Source: Anaerolineae bacterium (GTDB taxonomy: Bacteria > Chloroflexota > Anaerolineae > S140-20). From it: 34,252 nt of DNA. This document shows positions 1 through 9,000 of the stretch, piece after piece. The notes beneath the pieces are model-generated. The model made no database searches and had not been told where the DNA came from. It saw nothing but the letters and a program-made list of their open reading frames with translations. A program made the translations under genes and the position numbers. The DNA lies in the NCBI GenBank assembly GCA_027021705.1, contig JALUTT010000100.1, positions 1 to 34,252 of the forward strand. The letters run 5' to 3'. Position 1 is the stretch's first letter, and each line of letters begins with the position of its first letter.

Positions 1-2
1 TC

Positions 3-176
3 GCCGATGAGTACGTGGATATGGTGGAAGCGGGGATCATTGACCCGGCGAAGGTGACGAAGGGGGCTTTGGAGAACGCGGCCAGCATCGCGGCGATGAT
101 CCTCACCACCGAGGCCCTCATCACCGAGGTGCCGGAGAAGGAGAAGGCCCCCACGCCGGAGATGCCAGAGTACTAA
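3..176 (+). CDS. groEL: Chaperonin GroEL, C-terminal fragment (runs off the 5' edge of the window)
   Basis: Frame from nt 3 reads [57 protein letters not shown], the GIIDPxKV...ENAAS.A...LTTE signature of Cpn60. Confidence 0.97.
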   Translation, partial: ADEYVDMVEAGIIDPAKVTKGALENAASIAAMILTTEALITEVPEKEKAPTPEMPEY

Positions 177-202
177 GCCCCGTTCCCCCGACGCAACCGA
201 AC

Positions 203-249
203 AAGCGGCCCCTGAATGGCCTGGTCCCATCCAGGGGCCGCTTTCGTTC
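203..249 (+). terminator. Probable intrinsic terminator after groEL
   Basis: AAGCGGCCCCTG (203-214) pairs with CAGGGGCCGCTT (232-243), with an inner ATGG/CCAT stem and a short T-rich tail. Confidence 0.65.
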
Positions 250-278
250 ACCGTTCACCCTGCCCAACCTGTCCGACG

Positions 279-920
279 ATGGCATCTTCTCTTTTCAACC
301 TACAAGAGGTCCAAACGAGCCTGCGCACTCTGGCCCGAGTGGTACGGGAGACCCGCGAAGTGCTGGCCGAAGAGCTAGAACACCGGAGTCGCCCCCCTTC
401 CCCGGCCGTTCAGAACCGTCTGCAGGAGACACTGGATCACCTAGGGCAGGTGCGCGAGGGGTTCATCCTCACCCTACGGATGGGACCGGCTACCTTCCCG
501 GCCATTGGCGTGATGGACCCCACCGAACTGTGGGCCCTGGTGAGCCACGTCCTGATGGACTGGGGATGGCTGGAGCAGATAGGGCTCTCTTGGCAGACCG
601 CTGGCGCCTTGGAGCGGGTGGAAGATCAGGTGGTCAGCTATGCCCACGCTCGCATCGCCCTGGGCCTGCTTCCCCGGCTGCCGGCTGAGGCCATCACCTA
701 CCCTCAGCCCCGCCCCACCTATGCCGACATCCCCGTGCCCCGCACGGCCGGCGAGCTCCTGGCCCGCATCGAGGAGCTGGAGCAGGTGATCTGGCAAGCC
801 GGTGTGATGCCCCTGGAAGCGATGGAGCCGGCTCCCCTGCGCCGCACTTACGGCTTCTTCGAGGCCAGCGTCTGGCTGGTGGAGCGCTACTTGCTGGACC
901 TGCTGGACCGACTGCGCTGA
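279..920 (+). CDS. Hypothetical, mostly helical protein (~213 aa)
   Basis: Track ORF 216..920. ATG 279 is preferred because 216 lies inside the terminator hairpin. Natural-looking composition; no family recognised. Confidence 0.7.
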   Translation: MASSLFNLQEVQTSLRTLARVVRETREVLAEELEHRSRPPSPAVQNRLQETLDHLGQVREGFILTLRMGPATFPAIGVMDPTELWALVSHVLMDWGWLEQIGLSWQTAGALERVEDQVVSYAHARIALGLLPRLPAEAITYPQPRPTYADIPVPRTAGELLARIEELEQVIWQAGVMPLEAMEPAPLRRTYGFFEASVWLVERYLLDLLDRLR

Positions 921-926
921 TCGGCC

Positions 927-967
927 AACAAAAAGCCTCCCGGAGCGGAACCGTGGCCCCGGGAGGC
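927..967 (-). terminator. Intrinsic terminator for the minus-strand coiled-coil gene (possibly bidirectional)
   Basis: GCCTCCCGG (935-943) / CCGGGAGGC (959-967) stem. AACAAAAA on its left reads as a U-tract on the minus strand. Confidence 0.7.
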
Positions 968-989
968 GTGCTCTTCAAGGGTCCCCGAT

Positions 990-2024
990 CTACTCTTCTT
1001 CCTCCTCCTCGGACTCGGGGGGGATGACCAAGCCATCCAGCAGCCCCCAGACGTTGTGCTGGGGCATCAGCTTCTGCACATCCGAGGGGATGTGGGCGCC
1101 GGCCACCACGGCGCAAACCCGATAGCCGGCCTTGCCCAGAATGGCAGCCCGACGCGCCGCCCGGACTACATCATCCTCACTGAGGCTCCAAGAGACTTCC
1201 ACCACCAGATAGGTCAGCGCACCGTCCCCGTGATTCCACCGCCATCGCCCCCGCACCACGACATCGGCCAAGGAGGCATCTATGGCCTCCTCTTCGGTGA
1301 TGTGCCCTTCCTCGGTCGCTTGCTCCAGGATTTCCATATAGGCATCGGGGGAGAGAATGCGGGCCTTTCGCAGCAAGCGGCTGTAGTAGGCAGGCCGCTG
1401 ATTGTACAAGTACTCCTGGTGGAAGCCCTTGAGCTTTCCGACTTCAACGATCAACTCGCTCACCCTCTCCTCAAGCCGGTCCTGACGCCGCTCCATTCGC
1501 TGCATCCGCTCGGCCAGCCGATCCACCCGTGCCGTCAACTGAGCCAGGTGCTCTTCTGTGCGCCGCTGGGCCTCGGCCAACTGCTCCAGCCGCTCCTCCA
1601 TGCGCCGCTGGGCCTCGATCAGTTGGGCGACCGCCTCCTCTAACCGGTCTACCCGCTCCTCCGTGCGCCGCTGGGCCTCGGCCAACTGCTCCAGCCGCTC
1701 CTCCGTGCGCCGCTGGGCCTCGACCAACTGCTCCAGCCGCTCCTCCGTGCGCCGCTGAGCCTCGGCCAGTTGGTCGACAGCCTCCTCCAACCGGCCTACC
1801 CGCTCCTCCGTGCGCCGCTGGGCCTCGGCCAACTGCTCTACCCGCTCCTCCGTGCGCCGCTGGGCCTCGGTCAGTTGGGCGACGGCTTCCCGTAGAGCAC
1901 GGATCTCCGCCGGCAGTTGCAGAAACTCCTCGGTCAGCAGAGCCTGCAGAAGTGGCTCTCGCCACTCCGGGTGCTGCCGCAGAAACGCGACCAATTCCTC
2001 AACCGTCCGGGCTGTGATTGCCAT
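990..2024 (-). CDS. Heptad-repeat coiled-coil protein with a C-terminal PD-(D/E)XK-like domain (DUF3782-like architecture)
   Basis: Many (L)AEAQRRTEER(V/L) repeats. C-terminus ADVVVRGR...YLVVEVSW...DVVRAARRA. RBS GGAG upstream; own promoter and terminator. Confidence 0.75.
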   Translation of the reverse strand: MAITARTVEELVAFLRQHPEWREPLLQALLTEEFLQLPAEIRALREAVAQLTEAQRRTEERVEQLAEAQRRTEERVGRLEEAVDQLAEAQRRTEERLEQLVEAQRRTEERLEQLAEAQRRTEERVDRLEEAVAQLIEAQRRMEERLEQLAEAQRRTEEHLAQLTARVDRLAERMQRMERRQDRLEERVSELIVEVGKLKGFHQEYLYNQRPAYYSRLLRKARILSPDAYMEILEQATEEGHITEEEAIDASLADVVVRGRWRWNHGDGALTYLVVEVSWSLSEDDVVRAARRAAILGKAGYRVCAVVAGAHIPSDVQKLMPQHNVWGLLDGLVIPPESEEEEEE

Positions 2025-2138
2025 CGTTCTCCATCCGCTTCAGGAGTCGGGTGATCAGGTGACCACGTGGTCAGGTAGTCCGATGCTCCGATGATGGAGA
2101 AGTCCGCTGGCGGAACTCCCTGTACCACCTCCGGCGGA

Positions 2139-2167
2139 AGTATAACACGATTTCCACAAACCTGCAA
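2139..2167 (-). promoter_or_regulatory. Sigma70-type promoter for the coiled-coil gene
   Basis: Minus strand: TTGCAG - 17 nt - TATACT, with a TGn extended -10. Confidence 0.7.
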
Positions 2168-2170
2168 CGG

Positions 2171-2767
2171 CTAGGCCGGCTGCAAGATCGCCCGCCCCTC
2201 CCAGAAGGCCTCTCGGTTCGCCTCCACGTACTTGGGCGGAACCCGCCGGGCGATGACCGTCAGCCAGACCGATGGGTCAATCCCCAGCCGGGTGGAGAGG
2301 GCTCCCAGGACAACGGTGTTGGCCAACTGGGCCTTGCCCAGCCGCTCGGCGACGGCCAGCCCCTCCACCAGGGTGATCTCCTCGGTGCGGGTCCGCAGGT
2401 AGTCCAGGATTTCCTCCTCCTCCGGGTAGCGGGCATCCCCCACGCTGACGGACATCGGCACGATCTGCTGCCGGTTGACGATCAGCCACCCGCTCGGCTT
2501 CAACCACTCGATCCAGCGGGCCGCCTCCAGCATCTCGAAAGCAACCAAAATGTCCACCGTCCCCTTCTCGGCCACGGGAGCGGCCACCTCCCGCCCCCAA
2601 CGGACGTGGCTCTCCACGACGCCGCCGCGCTGGGCGAAGCCGTGGACCTCCGACTTCTTCACGTCGTAACCCACGGCCAGGCCGACCTCCGCCACGATGT
2701 CCGACGCGGTCAGGATCCCCTGGCCGCCCACCCCCCCGAAGAGCATGTCCAGCTTGTCGTAGCGCAT
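2171..2767 (-). CDS. iorB: Indolepyruvate:ferredoxin oxidoreductase beta subunit
   Basis: GVGGQGIL, KKSEVHGFAQRGGVVESHVR and N..AF.EG motifs; directly downstream of iorA. Confidence 0.92.
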   Translation of the reverse strand: MRYDKLDMLFGGVGGQGILTASDIVAEVGLAVGYDVKKSEVHGFAQRGGVVESHVRWGREVAAPVAEKGTVDILVAFEMLEAARWIEWLKPSGWLIVNRQQIVPMSVSVGDARYPEEEEILDYLRTRTEEITLVEGLAVAERLGKAQLANTVVLGALSTRLGIDPSVWLTVIARRVPPKYVEANREAFWEGRAILQPA

Positions 2768-2809
2768 CGCTCACTCCCTCCCGATGGTCGAACGCCCCGG
2801 CGCCGGCCG

Positions 2810-4618
2810 CTAGGCCACCGCAGGGACCGGCTCCGGGCGGTAGATGGCATCACGCGGGCAGACCTGAAGGCAGACGTCGCAGCCGGTGCAGAGAAGCGGA
2901 TCAATCTCCGCCTTGGACCGGCCCGTCTTCGCGTCCCGTTCCTCGCTCTTCAGGATGGCCGGACAGCCCACCCGGAAGCAGAGGGCGCAGCCGTTGCAGG
3001 TCTCCAGGTCCACCGTCACCTGGGGCTTCCGGCGGAACTCCGGCAGGAAGACGCAGGCCCCCCGCACGATGACGACCGAGGGATGGTCTTGGGTCGCCAC
3101 CGCCTCTTTGATCGCCCGGTCCACCGCCTTCGCGTCCAGCGCGTCCACCGTCTTGACGTCCTCAACGCCCATCGCCCGGACGACCGCCTCGATTTCGATG
3201 GAAGGGGCCGCCTCGCCCTGAAGCGTCTCGGGCGTCCCCGGATGGCTCTGACCGCCCGTCATCCCCGTCGTCCGGTTGTCCAGCACGACGGTGGCCGCCA
3301 CCCCCTTGTTGTGGACGATGTTGGCCAGGGCGGGCAGGCCGGCGTGGAAGAAGGTGCTGTCACCGATGACGGCGACGACCTTCTCCTGAAGGCCCGCCTG
3401 CGTCATCCCGTGGGCCACCCCCACGCTGGCCCCCATGCTGATGATCGTATCCATCGCGTTGAAGGGGGGCAGCACCCCGATGGAGTAGCAGCCGATGTCG
3501 CCTGCCACCACCACCTTCCGCTTGGAGAGGGCGTAGAAAGCGGCCCGGTGGGGGCATCCGGGGCAGAGGGCCGGCGGTCGGGGCGGAAGCTCCACCGTCC
3601 GCGAGGGCAAAGCCGGTGACTCCTCCCGCGGTCGAGGCTCGATCAGCCCCGCCTGCTCCGCCCGCTCCCGCACCAGGGCCACGGTGAACTCACCGGTGAG
3701 GGGGAAGACCTCCTTGCCGGTGACCGGGATGCCCATCGCCCGGATCTGCTCCTCGAAGAAGGGGTCCAACTCCTCGACGACGATGAGGCGGTCCACCTGG
3801 GCCGCGAAGTCGGCGATCAGGCGGCGGGGGAGCGGGTAGCTCATCCCCAGCTTCAGAAAGGAGTAGCCGGCGAAGACCTCCCGCGCCACTTGGTAGGCGA
3901 TCCCCGTGGCGACGATGCCCAGCCGTCGGTCCCCCCAGATGACCCGGTTGAGGGGCGAGGTCTCGGCGTACTCGGCCAGCCGCCGGAGCCGTTCCTCCAC
4001 CACCGGATGCCGCTTGCGAGCGTGGGCGGGGATGATGACATACTTGTCCGGGTGGCGCTCGAAGGGGGGCAGGGGGCCGGGCTCCGGTCGGGCGGTGGGC
4101 GGGGCGACCTCCACCGGCGACTTGGAGTGGGAGAGCCGGGTGGTGGAGCGGACCAACACCGGTGTGTCGAACTCCTCGCTTAGCTCGAAAGCCAGCGCCG
4201 TGAAGCGCCGAGCCTCCTCGCTGTCGGCCGGTTCCAAGCAGGGCACCTTGGCGAAGCGGGCGTACTGCCGGTTGTCCTGCTCGTTCTGGGAACTGAACAT
4301 CCCCGGATCGTCGGCCGAGACGACGACCAGCCCGGCCCGAACCCCCGTGTAGGAGGCCGACATAAAGCTGTCGGCCGCCACGTTGAGGCCGACGTGCTTC
4401 ATCGCCGCCAGGGAGCGGGCGCCGGCGAAGCTGGCCCCGATGGCCGCGTCCAGGGCCACCTTCTCGTTGCTGGCCCACTCGGCCCGCACGCCCTGGTAGC
4501 CGGCCAAATTCTCCAGAATCTCCGTCGAGGGGGTGCCCGGGTAGGCGCTGGCGAAGCGGACGCCTCCTTCCCAGGCCCCCAGCGCAATGGCTTCGTTCCC
4601 TGAGAGCAAACGCTTCAT
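2810..4618 (-). CDS. iorA: Indolepyruvate:ferredoxin oxidoreductase alpha subunit
   Basis: LLSGNEAIA, YPGTPSTE, NEKVA, MKHVGLNVAAD, SSQNEQD, LCPGCPH, GDIGC, GDSTFFH, DNRTTGMTG motifs and a C-terminal 2x[4Fe-4S] ferredoxin domain. Confidence 0.95.
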   Translation of the reverse strand: MKRLLSGNEAIALGAWEGGVRFASAYPGTPSTEILENLAGYQGVRAEWASNEKVALDAAIGASFAGARSLAAMKHVGLNVAADSFMSASYTGVRAGLVVVSADDPGMFSSQNEQDNRQYARFAKVPCLEPADSEEARRFTALAFELSEEFDTPVLVRSTTRLSHSKSPVEVAPPTARPEPGPLPPFERHPDKYVIIPAHARKRHPVVEERLRRLAEYAETSPLNRVIWGDRRLGIVATGIAYQVAREVFAGYSFLKLGMSYPLPRRLIADFAAQVDRLIVVEELDPFFEEQIRAMGIPVTGKEVFPLTGEFTVALVRERAEQAGLIEPRPREESPALPSRTVELPPRPPALCPGCPHRAAFYALSKRKVVVAGDIGCYSIGVLPPFNAMDTIISMGASVGVAHGMTQAGLQEKVVAVIGDSTFFHAGLPALANIVHNKGVAATVVLDNRTTGMTGGQSHPGTPETLQGEAAPSIEIEAVVRAMGVEDVKTVDALDAKAVDRAIKEAVATQDHPSVVIVRGACVFLPEFRRKPQVTVDLETCNGCALCFRVGCPAILKSEERDAKTGRSKAEIDPLLCTGCDVCLQVCPRDAIYRPEPVPAVA

Positions 4619-4653
4619 CGTACTGCTCCTCTGTCACGTTTCTCGGAGAAGCA

Positions 4654-4729
4654 TTTGGTTGACGACGGTAGACTCCCGGAGTCTGCCAGACTTTGGGAGT
4701 CTTGACCCAGGAGTTATCGCGTCAACAAA
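4654..4729. repeat. Nested palindromic (REP/MITE-like) element upstream of iorA
   Basis: Outer inverted repeat GTTGACG (4658-4664) / CGTCAAC (4720-4726). Inner AGACTCCCGGAGTCT-GCC-AGACTTTGGGAGTCT (4670-4702). Confidence 0.6.
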
Positions 4730-4897
4730 CCCCTAGGGAACACCCCCAAGGGTACAGAACAGGGCGTTCACCCTGATGACCAGCATAGCAGGAAGGGCTC
4801 AGAAGGGGCAGTAGCAAAAGTCAGGTTTTTCCCCTGACAGAGGTCAGATGGGGCTGAGAGACGAGGAAGGGAAGGGGCGTGAGCCAACGCTGCCCGC

Positions 4898-5281
4898 TCA
4901 CGCCCCGAGTTCGAGGGCAAAAGCCTGCCGGTAGGACACACCGTCCACCCCCTTCCACCGGCCCAGGGCATTCTGAGCCCCCAGCAGGCGGTGGGTGGGA
5001 CAGGTGCAACGGGGGTTCCTGGGGTCTGGACAGCGCTCAATCATCTCCCACAATCGGTTCCACAGGGCAGGGGCTACCGGATAGCCAACGTGGTCGAAGG
5101 AGTCCTCATCCAGCGCCCCTCGCCGGGACTCTTCGTAAACGGCGACGCCGATGAAATCGCAGCGGGAACACTCGATGAGCTGAAGCGTGATCTCGTCGGA
5201 CCGGCTGTCGGGCGGCAGTTCCAGGCTCGACACGATCTGCAGGGACCGAGGTCCCTGGCACGCAGGACACCGAAAAGCCAT
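4898..5281 (-). CDS. Small Cys-rich putative Zn-binding hypothetical protein (~127 aa)
   Basis: Start moved to ATG 5281 after a GGAGG-like RBS. Motifs CPAC, CSRC and CPDPRNPRCTCPTH. Confidence 0.75.
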   Translation of the reverse strand: MAFRCPACQGPRSLQIVSSLELPPDSRSDEITLQLIECSRCDFIGVAVYEESRRGALDEDSFDHVGYPVAPALWNRLWEMIERCPDPRNPRCTCPTHRLLGAQNALGRWKGVDGVSYRQAFALELGA

Positions 5282-5323
5282 TGGACCACCCCCTCCCTTA
5301 CTCCAGACTCCCCACTCCAACGC

Positions 5324-6085
5324 TCAGGCGGAGGGGTCGGCGGGGAGCTCGTGGCCTGGACGCATCTGCAGCCGTCCATACATCCCCTTCAGCAACCCCA
5401 GGATCTCCTGAGCGCTGAAGGGACGCGATTGCTGGACCTGGAGGCTCAGGATGTGGTCCTGCACCTCCAGGCCAGGAAGCCGCCTGCCGGGACCGATCTC
5501 GTAGAGGCCGGGGTTGACGACGAGCCGGGCCTTGAGCTGGTGGCGGCGGGCAGCCACGTATCCCTTCTTCACCTTGATCCGCTCGATGAGGGTGAGCCGC
5601 AGCAGGTTGCCGTCGGCCAGCTTGATCTTGACTTGGAACCAGGGATCGCGGTAGTAGTACTTCGCCCTGCCCGAGCGAGTGCGTCCTGTGCGGGCCAGCT
5701 TGCTGTGCTGCCGGGGGCCGGTCAGATCCAACCAGCCCGTCACCCGGCCCCGGCGCGAGACATCGTCCCGCAGGGTGAAGAGCACCTCTCGGGCCACGTC
5801 AAGCTGTTCCTTGGGCAAGGAGACCCGCCGGGTGAAGAGCCAGATCAGCAGGCCGACCCCGCCGACCCAGAAGAGGAACCCCATCCAGGTGAACCCACCT
5901 CCCGAGTACGGGGTTGCCTGGTCAATCATAATGAAAAGGAGTCCGACGATCCCCAGCACGGGGAGCAAGAGGAAAAGCCCCGACCACTGGCGACGGGCCC
6001 GGCGCACGTCGGCCGCCATCTGGTCCATCACCTGCACGATGGCCCGGGGTCGGGCGTTGAGGGAGAGGTACGCTTTGGCAGCCAT
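5324..6085 (-). CDS. Hypothetical membrane protein (two TM helices plus a basic soluble domain)
   Basis: Two hydrophobic segments near residues 35-85; RBS GGAAGGA; starts 12 nt after the A2M stop. Confidence 0.8.
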   Translation of the reverse strand: MAAKAYLSLNARPRAIVQVMDQMAADVRRARRQWSGLFLLLPVLGIVGLLFIMIDQATPYSGGGFTWMGFLFWVGGVGLLIWLFTRRVSLPKEQLDVAREVLFTLRDDVSRRGRVTGWLDLTGPRQHSKLARTGRTRSGRAKYYYRDPWFQVKIKLADGNLLRLTLIERIKVKKGYVAARRHQLKARLVVNPGLYEIGPGRRLPGLEVQDHILSLQVQQSRPFSAQEILGLLKGMYGRLQMRPGHELPADPSA

Positions 6086-6097
6086 GATCCTTCCTTC

Positions 6098-9000
6098 CTA
6101 CCGTTCGATGGTGAAGACCATCCCGGCCCCCCGCCCGAAGACCTCCGGGAAGTACATCTCGTAGGCGGTGGGCGGGATCACCCGATACTCACCGGCCAGC
6201 CCCAACTGGATCTGGTAGGTGTACTGGTAAGTCCCCTTGGGCAGCCGCGTGGCGAAGAGAACGACCTTCTCGTCCCGCAGTTCGGTCTGGCTGAACCACC
6301 ACCAGCCCCACCCGCCGTAGCCGGCGAAGGGATCGCGCGGATCCACTCGCCGCAGCTCTGGGGCCTGGCCCACGACGCTGCTCGTCTTCAGGCTGGTGTC
6401 CACCGCCTCGGCCCCTGCCGGCAGTGGGTCCTCCACAACGACGTAGTAGAGGTCGCGAGGAGCGATGAGGGTCAACTGGACCTGCAGAAGGTCACCCACG
6501 CGGGCCGTCGTCACCAGCTCGCACTTCCCCGTCTCCTGCCGACCGGGCTCCGGCGGACGGCAATACTGCCGCCGGACGATGATCCCTCGGTCCAGGGGCT
6601 GGACCTCCTCCACGGGCAGGAAGGCCCGCAGGTGAGCGGTGTAGTAGAGCCGCCCCGGTCCCGGCCCCTTCTCGATCACCAGCCGGTTGGCCTCATCCCG
6701 GAAGAGGTCGGCGACGGCCACCTGGAGCACCTTCTCGTCCAGCACCGTCTCCCGGTCGAAGGTGCCCGTCTCCAGGACCCGCCCGTTGAGTTGGACCCCC
6801 CAGGCGTAGTCCGCTTGCAGTTCCCCCGTCGCCGCCATCCAGTCGGTCAGGGCGATAAGCGCCCAGGCCGTCTCCTGGGTTGTCTCCCAGTGCCCATCCT
6901 GCCGGGCGACCATCAGCCAGCGGACGACGTTGGGAGCCAGGCCGTTCTCCGGGTCCAACCGGGCCAGGGCATCCAGGATGATGGCCGTGGAACGGGTATC
7001 GGTGTTCCAGTTCCACCAGTCCCGATCGGCCTCCTCCCAGTGGGCTCCGGTGGCCTCCACGATGGCCGCGTTGTTCAGGTCGGCCAGCAGGGTCTGAACC
7101 CGCTCCGCCTGCCCCTCGGGGTCCTGCAGGTGCAAGGCCAGGGCCAGGAGGGCCTTGCCGTAGTGGTCCAGCCGGTCCCTGACCTCGTAGAGGGCCACCG
7201 TCCGACCCAGATCACCGGCCGGCTCCCCCTGCACCCGGCCCACCTCGGCCAGAACGTAGAGGAGGAAGGCCTGCCGGTTGAGCTGGTACTCCTTCGTCAG
7301 CGCCTTGGGCGGCTGCAACTGCTCTCGGAGGAACCGGACGGCGCGGAAGATGGCGAAGGTGTCCACCGAGAAGCCTGCATCCCGCGCCTTCGCCATCCCC
7401 AGGAGCGCGTAGGCGGTGGTGACGGGATCGCTTTGGTCCCGGCTCCACCAGCCCCAGCCCCCGTCGGCGTGCTGCTGGCTGTAGAGCCGCTGCAGTCCGA
7501 CGCGGACCAGCGTCTGCAGCTTCGCCTCCAGGTCTGGGCGCACCAGCCCCAACTCCTTCAGCGCCTGGTAGGTGAGAACGTTGGGCAAGAAGCGGGAGAC
7601 GGTCTGCTCGGTGCATTCGTAGGGGTAGTGCTCCAGGTAGCGGAGCCCTTCCGTCATCCCGGCGGCCAGCGAGGGGTCCAACCGCAGGGTCAGCTCGCCC
7701 TGGGTGACCTCAATGCGGCGGGGGAGGGCGATCAGCTCCAGCCGGGCCTCGGCCTCCTCGATGGTGCCGGCCGTCCCCACCGTCTCCGGCGCGGTGTACT
7801 TGTAGATGGGGAGCACCTGGTCAGGCGGGATGCCCAAGGTCGGCTTGCTGGCGTCGGAGAGGCCGCCACCCCGAGCCGAGAAGGTGAGGTCGGCGAACTG
7901 TTCCTCGCCGGGCCGGCTGGGGACGGTGACGGTCCAGTCCACCCGCGCCTTGCCGTGGGCGGGCACCTCCACCGTCTGGGTGGCCGGGCTTTCCAGGTCC
8001 ACCCCCGTCGCCGTCAGGGCCACGTCCACCGTCAGGTCCCGGTCGGTATTGTTGTGGACGATGGCCCCCACCTGGGCCCGGTCGCCGACGACGAAGAAGC
8101 GGGGCGTGATGGGCCGAATGAGTAGTTCTTTGGTGGTGACGATCTCTACCTGGGCCTCCCCCACCAGCGTCTCGGCCGTCACCCCCTTAGCCAGGAGCCG
8201 CCAGGTGGTCAGGCTGTCAGGCAGGTCCACCTGGACCTGGGCCCGGCCCTCGTCATCGGTGAGGACGGCGGGGGCCCAGTAGGCCGTGTCGGGGAAGCGC
8301 CGCCGGATGAAGCCGGCCCCGGCCTGTCCACCACCACCGCCCCCTTTGACCTCGGTGATCACCTGCTCCGTCACCCGATCGCCGGAGAGGGTCAGGCCCG
8401 TTGCCGTGCGCACCCCCAGCCCTCGCTCACCGTAGAAGTGGTCGGTGATGGGCGGGGCGTTGGGGTCGGCCAGCGTCAGGACGGAGAGGTCCACCAGGGC
8501 CAGCGAGATCTCGGCCGTCACCGCTTGGCCCCGGTAGTCGGTCGCTTGGATGGTGAAGGTGGCCCGTTCCCGAGGGCCATAGACCTCCCTGTCCGGCGTC
8601 AGCGTGATGGTCAGTTCCTGCTGCTCCGGCGAGACGGTGAAGGTGGCGTAGCCCACTTTGAAAGAAGGCACCGGGTTTGTCTCGTCTACCCCCTTGACCA
8701 GGACGACGGAGACGTAGACGTTGGGGGCATGCTCGGGCCGGATGGGGAGCCGCAGCACCTGGCTGTTGCTCTCCAGCGTCAGCACCTGATACTCCAGGAT
8801 GTGGCCCCGCTCGACGGTGAAGAGGGCTTGAACCGCCCCCTGGTAGGGGGAGGGGATCAGGATCTCCGCCGTCTCCCCGGGCCGGTAGCTGGTCTTATCC
8901 GTCACCAGCTCGATCCGGTCGTTGTTCTCCTGCCGCCAGGCGATGTAGGTGCTGCTGCTGACCCAGAGGAAGGTGGAACTGCGGACGGTGTTGCCCGCCT

